DNA of 64,000 bases from Bacteroidota bacterium (GTDB lineage Bacteria > Bacteroidota > Bacteroidia > 2-12-FULL-35-15): the NCBI GenBank assembly GCA_017303895.1, contig JAFLBF010000008.1:8813-72812 (forward strand), read 5' to 3'. Both the position numbers and the translations under genes were made by a program. Below the pieces are notes generated by a model that saw only the letters and a program-made list of their open reading frames with translations, did no database searches and was not told where the DNA came from. This document shows positions 56,971 through 64,000 of this stretch, one piece after another (the first letter of the stretch is position 1; every line of letters begins with the position of its first letter).

Positions 56971-58908
56971 ATGGAACAATTCAGAATTATTCCTACGTTG
57001 TTGATTGAAAATGATTATTTAGTCAAGAGCGAAAAGTTCAAGAACAACCGCTATATTGGTGATCCTATAAATGCGATTAAAATATTAAATGAAAAAGAAA
57101 TTGACGAATTAGTCGTTTTAGACATTTCTGCATCAAAGACAAATTCAGAGCCTAATTATAAATTAATAGAAGAGCTTGCGTCAGAATGTTTTATGCCACT
57201 TTCGTATGGAGGTGGAATAACCTCTATTGAATGTGCACAAAAGCTATTTCGTAGCGGGGTTGAAAAAATAATAATAAATAGTGCATGTTTTTCCAACCCT
57301 AATCTAATAGCAGAGATCACTCAAAAATTCGGTAATCAAAGTGTCACTATATCTATTGATGTCAAAAAAAATATTTGGGGTTCATACTATGTATATAGTC
57401 ACACCCAAAGAGATTCAAAACAATACGACCCGGTTAGCTTTGCAATTGAAATGGAAAAATTGGGAGCGGGAGAGATCATTTTGAATTCTGTTGATAACGA
57501 TGGTACATACAAAGGATATGATACCGAACTGATTCGTTTGGTATCACTTGCTGTTTCTATTCCTGTAATTGCGCTAGGAGGAGCAGGGAATATCAATGAC
57601 TTTAAAAAGGCTATACAAGCTGGTGCATCTGCAGTTGCTGCAGGGAGTTTATTTTGTTTCTATGGTCGCCTTAAAGCAGTTTTGATAAATTACCCTTCAC
57701 AAGAAGAGATAAAAAGAATATTCTCAGATACCCAATCGACAAAGAAAAACCTAAATATCCTTCACGTAACAGCCTGGTATCCAAATAAAAAAGACAGCCA
57801 CAAAGCATTATTCATAAAGGAACATTTTGAATCAATAGACTTAATATGCAACAATCATTTACTACATATCGATACCAATCCTAATGAAAAAAACTTTGTT
57901 AACGAGAAATTTAAATTATCCGAAAATGAAGAAACTATAATTTTTAAATTCCCATTTAAAATATGGTTCCTTGTTGAACTTATATCGTTCTTTATTTTAT
58001 TAAGATATTCTATAAAGAATAAAGTACAAACAAGATATGATATTGTAAATTTTCATATTGCCTATCCTTTAGGAGTTTATCTTCATATATATCAAAAACT
58101 ATTCAAAAAGCCAATTATCATATCTGAACATTGGACAGCCTATCATTATGATTTTTATATAAAAAAGCAAAAAAGAGGGATCAACAGAATCAAAAATATT
58201 TTCAAGAGAGAGATTCCTGTAATAGTAGTTTCTGAGGCCTTAGCAAATGATATAAAAAAATTTTCCGGAAATGATCACACGAGATTCCATATATTAAACA
58301 ATATTGTCGACTCTACTATATTTAATTGCAAGAACGAAAGCCCCCCTGAGCATCCCACATTCTTCATGCTAAATATGTGGTCGAAAATAAAGCAACCGTT
58401 TGTTGGTATAGATGCATTCGAGTTATTTGTAGAAAAACACCCGGAAGCCAAACTTAAAATTGGCGGATTCGGACCTATTTGGAAAGATATTGAAGATTAT
58501 GTAAAGTTAAAAAAATTAGAGCATTCCATAGAACTGCTGGGGAGAATGAATAAAAATCAAATAGCAGAGCATTTAAATAGTTGCACAGCATTATTACACA
58601 CTTCAAAATATGAAACTTTTTCAGTAATTTCGGCAGAAGCAGCAAGCTGTGGCGCTCCGGTTATTGCAATGAATCTTGGTGGAATACCGAGCTTTATAAA
58701 TCAAACAAATGGTTATTTACACAATAATGATACTATTGAAGGTTGGTTAAAAGGAATGGAATATGTGTATGAGAACAAAAATACGTTTGACAGAAAGGCT
58801 ATTGCATTAGAGGCCAATAGAATATTCTCAAAACAAAATGTAGGAAAACGATATTATAAAATTTTAAAACAAGAGTTTAGAACATACTTTGAAAATAAAA
58901 GACAATAG
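56971..58908 (+). CDS. HisF-like cyclase (acetamidino-modification family) fused to a C-terminal GT-B family 4-like glycosyltransferase
   Basis: 645 aa. aa 1-about 250 HisF fold (RIIPTLLIENDYLVKSEKF...GDPINAIK...IDELVVLDISAS...GGGI...LGGAG). aa about 260-645 GT4-like (LNILHVTAWYP..., ...ETFSVISAEAASCGAPVIAMNLGGIPSFINQTNGYL). Confidence 0.7.
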   Translation: MEQFRIIPTLLIENDYLVKSEKFKNNRYIGDPINAIKILNEKEIDELVVLDISASKTNSEPNYKLIEELASECFMPLSYGGGITSIECAQKLFRSGVEKIIINSACFSNPNLIAEITQKFGNQSVTISIDVKKNIWGSYYVYSHTQRDSKQYDPVSFAIEMEKLGAGEIILNSVDNDGTYKGYDTELIRLVSLAVSIPVIALGGAGNINDFKKAIQAGASAVAAGSLFCFYGRLKAVLINYPSQEEIKRIFSDTQSTKKNLNILHVTAWYPNKKDSHKALFIKEHFESIDLICNNHLLHIDTNPNEKNFVNEKFKLSENEETIIFKFPFKIWFLVELISFFILLRYSIKNKVQTRYDIVNFHIAYPLGVYLHIYQKLFKKPIIISEHWTAYHYDFYIKKQKRGINRIKNIFKREIPVIVVSEALANDIKKFSGNDHTRFHILNNIVDSTIFNCKNESPPEHPTFFMLNMWSKIKQPFVGIDAFELFVEKHPEAKLKIGGFGPIWKDIEDYVKLKKLEHSIELLGRMNKNQIAEHLNSCTALLHTSKYETFSVISAEAASCGAPVIAMNLGGIPSFINQTNGYLHNNDTIEGWLKGMEYVYENKNTFDRKAIALEANRIFSKQNVGKRYYKILKQEFRTYFENKRQ

Positions 58909-59996
58909 TGCCTAGTAATAAAAACATAATAATTATTTCTAACGAACCCTGGGGAGATGTCTGGTATTCCAAGCACAACTATGCTTATGAATTATCCAAA
59001 AAAAACAAAGTTATCTTTCTTAATCCACCTAAAAAGTGGAAGCTTGGTAACTTATTTAAAAAAATAGAAATTTCTGCAATAAGCGATAATTTATTTCAAC
59101 TAACATATACAAACATATTACCATCTGTTAATACAATCTTCTTTAAATTAAACAACTTACTTGTCTCTCTCAAACTTAAACGTTTTTTTAAGGAAAATAA
59201 TTTTGCAGATTATATTTGTTGGACATTTGATCCCTACAGGTTATATTCTCCCCAAAAACTCGGTGCGAGTAAAAGTCTGTTCCACATTGTAGATAACTAT
59301 CAATTCAATCACCGTGGAGAAAAAGAAACATGTAACAATAGTGATTACTTTGTTTGTGTATCAGAAAATATTGCAAAGAATTACAAATCATTTAACAAAA
59401 GAATGCTTGTTATTCCTCACGCTCTTTCATCAGACGAGTTTATTTCCACTCAAAGACCCACAGAAATCCCCGAGAAACAATATGCATTGTATATAGGTAA
59501 TATTGACAAAAGATTAGACTACGATCAAATCGAAAGAATTATCATTGCTTTTCCCACTATAGAATTTGTATTTATAGGAAAACTTCATTTCGCTCCTAAT
59601 AATATTGCAGCAGATGCTATCTTCAACAAAAAAAAATATTCGAATGTTAAATATCTAGGGATAAAGAACTTTAAAGAACTTAAGAATTATATAAAACATG
59701 CGAAATTCTGTTTTGCCTGGATGGATGAAAAATTTCATGGGAACAGAATTGCACACCATAAAATATTCCAATACCTTGCATTTGGGAAACCTGTATTCTG
59801 TTCTGTTTTTTCTGATTACATTCCAATTAAAAGCTATCTTTATATGGAGGATGATACAGACAATATGATTCAAATAATAGATAATTATATGAAAAATGGA
59901 GAAGATCCACATTTAGTAGACCAAAGGATCAATATGGCCAAAGAGCATACTTTTGAAAAAGCATTGGCAAAAATTGACTTATTTATCAATGAATAG
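58908..59996 (+). CDS. Glycosyltransferase-like hypothetical protein (GT-B-like)
   Basis: 362 aa. Start overlaps the upstream stop (TAGTGCCTAG region; ATG at 58908). I recognise no diagnostic motif. Embedded in the GT-rich locus. Confidence 0.4.
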   Translation: MPSNKNIIIISNEPWGDVWYSKHNYAYELSKKNKVIFLNPPKKWKLGNLFKKIEISAISDNLFQLTYTNILPSVNTIFFKLNNLLVSLKLKRFFKENNFADYICWTFDPYRLYSPQKLGASKSLFHIVDNYQFNHRGEKETCNNSDYFVCVSENIAKNYKSFNKRMLVIPHALSSDEFISTQRPTEIPEKQYALYIGNIDKRLDYDQIERIIIAFPTIEFVFIGKLHFAPNNIAADAIFNKKKYSNVKYLGIKNFKELKNYIKHAKFCFAWMDEKFHGNRIAHHKIFQYLAFGKPVFCSVFSDYIPIKSYLYMEDDTDNMIQIIDNYMKNGEDPHLVDQRINMAKEHTFEKALAKIDLFINE

Positions 59997-61128
59997 AGAT
60001 TTAAAACATATAGTATTCATAATTGCGAATAATAGCTCTGTCCCTTATTTTTTATGGTTTGCCGAGCAGAATTACAAAACTCCGGTATTCAAATTTTCAT
60101 TTATTTGTCTCCATCATTCTCAACCTGCACTAATTGAAGAGGTCAAAAAGTTTAATTGTGATTGCTATTGGATCCCTTTCTCTTCTGAAAATAGAAAAGT
60201 ATCCATGATAAAGGCGATCCCAAAACTGGTCAGTCTTTTCAAAAAGATAAAACCTGATATCGTACATTCTCATCTGTTTGATGATTCTCTACCAACCGTC
60301 ATAGCATCAAAAATTGCCGGCATAAAACATCGTATTGTAACCAAACAAGACACCACCTTTCACTGGTATTATGCACCGAAAGCAGTAAAATACGATCGAT
60401 TAGTAAACAAAATTGCCACAAAACTGATCGCTGTATCCAATGAATGCAAAGACTTTATAATCAATTGCGAAAAAGCTGATCCAAAAAAAATTGTGCTTAT
60501 TCATCATGGGATACCATTAGATAAACTTTCTAATGCTACTGAAAAAAACAAAACCCAATTAATATCTCGTTACCATCTGGAACAAAAAATAGTAATTGGC
60601 ACAGTTGCACGATTGATTGAATGGAAAGGGCACCGTATATTATTAAAGGTTCTGGAGAAATTAGTAAATAAATATCCTAATATCGTATTCCTTTTTGCTG
60701 GCGAAGGAGAACTTAAAGAGGAGATCATTGAGATCGTTCGAAAAAAGAATCTTGAAAAACACGTTGTTCTCACCGGCTGGATAGACCGAGAACAAATTCC
60801 ATCTCTGTATGCGATCATGGATATTTATATTCATGCTGCAAAATATGAACCTTTTGGATTTGTAATTGCTGAAGCGATGTTGAATGGAGCACCAGTCCTT
60901 TCAGCAAAGACTGGTTCCGCTATGGATGCTATCCAAACTGGTAAAAATGGATACTTGGTTGATTATGATAATGTTGACCAATTTGTTGATGGTGTAAATT
61001 TTTTACTCAACCAACCGGATCGCACAATTGGCTTAAAAGGAAAAGAAACGGCAGCAAACATGTATAGCTTCCAAAGAATGTGGGACGCTCATATTTCGCT
61101 TTATCATAAATGCTTAAATAAAAACTGA
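59989..61128 (+). CDS. Family 4 glycosyltransferase
   Basis: The track start at 59953 overlaps the upstream gene by 44 nt. The ATG at 59989 (MNRDLKHIVF...) gives an 8-nt ATGAATAG overlap. GT4 C-terminal signature EPFGFVIAEAMLNGAPVLSAKTGSAMDAIQTGKNGYLV. Confidence 0.7.
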   Translation: MNRDLKHIVFIIANNSSVPYFLWFAEQNYKTPVFKFSFICLHHSQPALIEEVKKFNCDCYWIPFSSENRKVSMIKAIPKLVSLFKKIKPDIVHSHLFDDSLPTVIASKIAGIKHRIVTKQDTTFHWYYAPKAVKYDRLVNKIATKLIAVSNECKDFIINCEKADPKKIVLIHHGIPLDKLSNATEKNKTQLISRYHLEQKIVIGTVARLIEWKGHRILLKVLEKLVNKYPNIVFLFAGEGELKEEIIEIVRKKNLEKHVVLTGWIDREQIPSLYAIMDIYIHAAKYEPFGFVIAEAMLNGAPVLSAKTGSAMDAIQTGKNGYLVDYDNVDQFVDGVNFLLNQPDRTIGLKGKETAANMYSFQRMWDAHISLYHKCLNKN

Positions 61129-61841
61129 TGGGATTAAAACTAGATAGACATAAAAGAAGAAGTTTAATATTAAGTATCATTTATAGGGCTGCTAAACTTT
61201 TCAGAATACTTTCTCCCAAAAAAAGGTTTGAACTTTTTCTTGACTTGGAATGGATCTTCGACCGCCTAGCACATGAGGAGTCATTCAAATATTATGACCA
61301 ACAGAAGCACCCAATAAGGATCCAAACAATAAAGTTTCTTAAAAAGCACCTAAAAGAAAACCATAATGTACTTGATATAGGATGTAACAACGGAGACATT
61401 ACACTTCAAATAGCTCCATTTGTAAACAAAATAACAGGCGTTGATTACAATCAAAATATCATTGAAAATGCTAAGAAAAAAAATGTTAATCCAAAAGTAG
61501 AATTTATACACTGTGATGCATTTGAATTTCTTCAAGACCAAAAAAATAAAGTAGATGTGGTTATATTGTCTCATCTATTAGAACATATTGATGATCCGAA
61601 AGCATTTTTAAATAAATGCCTAAACCATACCTCATACATTTATATTGAGGTTCCCGATTTTGAGAAAATATATTTAAACAACTACAGGAAAGATATTGGC
61701 AGCTCTCTAAACTACACCGACTCTGACCATGTATGGGAGTTTGACAGAGAAGAATTAGAAAATTTATTGATTGAATTAAAACTAAAGATAATAGACAGAG
61801 AATTCAGACATGGGATAATTAAATTGTGGTGCAGCATTTAA
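61128..61841 (+). CDS. Class I SAM-dependent methyltransferase
   Basis: 237 aa. Motif I VLDIGCNNGDITL. DVVILSHLLEHI. Confidence 0.65.
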   Translation: MGLKLDRHKRRSLILSIIYRAAKLFRILSPKKRFELFLDLEWIFDRLAHEESFKYYDQQKHPIRIQTIKFLKKHLKENHNVLDIGCNNGDITLQIAPFVNKITGVDYNQNIIENAKKKNVNPKVEFIHCDAFEFLQDQKNKVDVVILSHLLEHIDDPKAFLNKCLNHTSYIYIEVPDFEKIYLNNYRKDIGSSLNYTDSDHVWEFDREELENLLIELKLKIIDREFRHGIIKLWCSI

Positions 61842-61845
61842 ATAT

Positions 61846-62727
61846 ATGAAACAGTATCTTAAAAAAATATATGATCTCCTCCCATTTAAACCATTCGTTT
61901 TTGGTTTAATAAAATCCTGTGTTTCACTCCCTCCTACTATATATCAACATTTACATTTCAAAGGTGTATTCAAAGTTAAAATCGACAAAGAACACTCTTT
62001 CTTGATCTATCACCATGGAGGCATTGAAGAAAATGAGATATTCTGGAAAGGCTTAGAGGGAGGTTGGGAAAAGCGCTCAACGGCAATTTGGACACAATTG
62101 GTGAATAAAAAAAAGACGATCCTTGATATTGGAGCTAATACCGGTCTATATGCAATGATTGCAAAAACAATAAACCCCTCTTCAGTAGTACACGCATTTG
62201 AACCAATACCAGCCGTATTTCAGCTCTTGAATAAAAATAAGAGCCTAAATCATTTTGACATTCACAATCACGAAGTTGCACTATCTGATTTTAATGGAAC
62301 AGCAAAAATATACTTGCCGGAAAATACTGATTTTGCTTATTCCGTCACTGTAAATCAAAACAGACTGACAAAAAGTATAAAGACTAGAGAACTTACTATA
62401 CAAACCAAAACCTTAAGCCGATTTATTGAAGAACATAAAATTCAATCAATTGACCTTATGAAAATAGATGTAGAAACTCATGAGCCGGAAGTATTGCTAG
62501 GAATGGGAAAATATTTAAATGAATTCAGGCCTACAATGATAATAGAGGTATTAGACGAACATATTGCTCAAAAACTAGATGCTATTTTAAAGGATATGAA
62601 CTATCTTTATTTTAACATTGATGATAAAAAGAATAGCATTCGTCAAATACAAAAAGTAGAAAAAAGCGACTATTGGAATCTCTTAATATGCAATGAAAGC
62701 ACCGCAAAAGAATTGAACCTCATCTGA
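61846..62727 (+). CDS. FkbM-family methyltransferase
   Basis: 293 aa. ILDIGANTGLYAM...IDLMKIDVETHEPEVLLG. Confidence 0.7.
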   Translation: MKQYLKKIYDLLPFKPFVFGLIKSCVSLPPTIYQHLHFKGVFKVKIDKEHSFLIYHHGGIEENEIFWKGLEGGWEKRSTAIWTQLVNKKKTILDIGANTGLYAMIAKTINPSSVVHAFEPIPAVFQLLNKNKSLNHFDIHNHEVALSDFNGTAKIYLPENTDFAYSVTVNQNRLTKSIKTRELTIQTKTLSRFIEEHKIQSIDLMKIDVETHEPEVLLGMGKYLNEFRPTMIIEVLDEHIAQKLDAILKDMNYLYFNIDDKKNSIRQIQKVEKSDYWNLLICNESTAKELNLI

Positions 62728-63593
62728 TGCAAAAACTGATCTCTATTATAATTCCCGCTTATAATGCCGGCCAATTTATTTCAGAAACAATTAAGTCTGT
62801 AGTAAAACAGTCGTATACCAATTGGGAACTGATCGTGATTGATGATGGATCGCATGATAACACTTCAGATATCGTTCAGAAGTATGCAAAAAATGATTCC
62901 CGGATACATATTTTTAAGCAAACAAATTCTGGTGTTTCTATTGCAAGAAACAAGGGTTTAGAAAACTGCAATGGTGATCATGTCTGTTTTCTTGATGCTG
63001 ATGACCTATTAGAGACTGAAAATCTGGAAGCAAAACTTCATGCATTGGAAAAAAATGAGTGGGATGCAGTTTATTCTGCCTGTGAACTAATTGATAAAGA
63101 TAGCAGACCGCTAGACCGTGAACTTGGTGGGCAGCTAAATCCAACACTAAACGATATTCTTGAACTCAAGGGGAATTATATTACGGCTCCATCAGGGTTT
63201 CTTTATAAAAGAGCAATATTCAAAGTAACCGGTGGATATGATCCAGAATTATCCAATAATGCCGACCAAGAACTATTTGCTAGAATTTTGTATAAGAATT
63301 TCAAAATAGGATACATTCCTTCTACTTTATGGAAATACCGCATTCATGCTTCTAACATGTCAGGAAACATAAAATTATTGGAAAAAGATTCAATTTATAT
63401 GTTTAATAAATTTAAACAGCTGAACGTTTTTAAGACAAAAAAGTATGAGAAGAAATGCTATGCTAAATTATACTATATGTTAGGAGGAAGTTGGTGGAAA
63501 CAAGGAAATAATAGATTACGAGGAGGTCTATTTTTCATCCGCTCATTCTTCAGCTATCCTTCTATCATTTTGAATAACTTATTCAACAAGTGA
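62727..63593 (+). CDS. Family 2 glycosyltransferase
   Basis: 288 aa. ISIIIPAYNAGQFISETIKSVVKQSYTNWELIVIDDGSHDNT. DAD (FLDADDLL). Confidence 0.75.
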   Translation: MQKLISIIIPAYNAGQFISETIKSVVKQSYTNWELIVIDDGSHDNTSDIVQKYAKNDSRIHIFKQTNSGVSIARNKGLENCNGDHVCFLDADDLLETENLEAKLHALEKNEWDAVYSACELIDKDSRPLDRELGGQLNPTLNDILELKGNYITAPSGFLYKRAIFKVTGGYDPELSNNADQELFARILYKNFKIGYIPSTLWKYRIHASNMSGNIKLLEKDSIYMFNKFKQLNVFKTKKYEKKCYAKLYYMLGGSWWKQGNNRLRGGLFFIRSFFSYPSIILNNLFNK

Positions 63594-64000
63594 ACAAGAA
63601 GCAACACAATATACTTGTAATTACATACTGGCAATTTCAGGATGCCTTGGTGCAAACCTATACCCTACCCTATCTGGAACTCATTTCAAAAGAGATCTCC
63701 AGTGACAGCAAAATTTTCCTACTAACACTCGATAAAAAAGAGGTATCCAGTAGTGAGCTTCGAACAAACATTAACAACATCAGTTTCCCACTTCATCCAT
63801 TTGGATTAAGAAGTATGTTCAATTGGCTTAAGATCATATTGAAACTTCTGATCCTGATCAGAAAAGAAAAAATAACTACTATACACGCTTGGTGTACACC
63901 AGCTGGAATGATTGGATATATTCTATCTGTTTTAACAGGAAAACGGTTAATCATTGACAGCTATGAGCCACATGCTGAAGCTATGGTAGAAAATGGAACC
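63590..64000 (+). CDS. Glycosyltransferase (GT-B/GT4-like), N-terminal fragment continuing past the window end. Start uncertain: GTG at 63590 overlaps the upstream stop.
   Basis: Open frame from 63590 to the window end: NKKQHNILVITYWQFQDALVQTYTLPYLELI...TTIHAWCTPAGMIGYILSVLTGKRLIIDSYEP. This N-terminal architecture is typical of GT4 family members. The first in-frame ATG is only at about 63815. Confidence 0.45.
   Translation, partial: MNKKQHNILVITYWQFQDALVQTYTLPYLELISKEISSDSKIFLLTLDKKEVSSSELRTNINNISFPLHPFGLRSMFNWLKIILKLLILIRKEKITTIHAWCTPAGMIGYILSVLTGKRLIIDSYEPHAEAMVENGT

Noticed and set aside
1-64000. Search for tRNA/rRNA genes, CRISPR arrays, integrases/transposases, restriction-modification or other defence systems, toxin-antitoxin pairs
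   Set aside because: Intergenic regions are short (at most 213 bp) and contain no tRNA-like T-arm/GTTCGA motifs or regularly spaced direct repeats. No ORF shows integrase, transposase, nuclease/helicase defence or TA signatures. This window looks like core chromosome plus biosynthetic and glycan loci, not a mobile or defence island.

Overview
This is an AT-rich (about 35-37% GC) Bacteroidota chromosomal window. A T9SS/gliding-type C-terminal domain, Bat and flexirubin-like loci and the absence of Shine-Dalgarno spacing point to a Cytophagia, Sphingobacteriia or Flavobacteriia-like genome. It is densely coding, and I found no tRNA or rRNA genes, CRISPR array, integrase, transposase or phage genes. 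I also found no candidate system that is plainly undescribed.

In order along the window:
- The 5' part of bioB (minus strand, runs off the window start).
- A YfcE-type metallophosphoesterase.
- A 1289-aa secreted SprB-repeat/PKD adhesin with a gliding-motility (CHU_C / T9SS) C-terminal sorting domain.
- A complete eight-gene aerotolerance operon of the MoxR-DUF58-membrane protein-BatA-BatB-BatC-BatD-BatE type, about 8.2 kb on the minus strand, with translationally coupled overlaps.
- Divergently transcribed from the Bat operon across a 213-bp intergenic region, a roughly 15.6-kb aryl-polyene/flexirubin-type type II PKS-FAS-like cluster. It contains a 4HBT thioesterase, KS, small KS-like protein, ACP, FabF-like KS, a Cys-less chain-length factor, two NodB deacetylases, LolA-like and lipoprotein partners, a hotdog dehydratase, two GT2-like proteins, a 1282-aa trifunctional MMPL exporter/PlsC acyltransferase/SAM-methyltransferase fusion, and a CrtI-like FAD oxidoreductase.
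- Housekeeping and accessory genes: a CDF transporter, a family III CoA-transferase, an OM beta-barrel protein, a GNAT, fumarylacetoacetase, an ECF sigma factor plus membrane and secreted hypotheticals, a fused MFS/spermidine-synthase-like protein, an NlpC/P60 peptidase, a thiolase, and a PgpH-like 7TM-HDIG phosphodiesterase.
- An unusual 895-aa tandem D-Ala-D-Ala-ligase-like double ATP-grasp protein.
- From about 46 kb to the window end, a large surface polysaccharide locus: RdgB, an epimerase, about 9 glycosyltransferases, a Wzx flippase, a hexapeptide O-acetyltransferase, five methyltransferases (2 FkbM, 3 class I), and a WbpG amidotransferase/HisH/HisF acetamidino module in which the HisF-like cyclase is fused to a GT4 glycosyltransferase.

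The most notable items are the Bat operon sitting back-to-back with the pigment/lipid cluster (a possible oxidative-stress island), the trifunctional exporter fusion, the tandem Ddl-like protein and the HisF-GT4 fusion.
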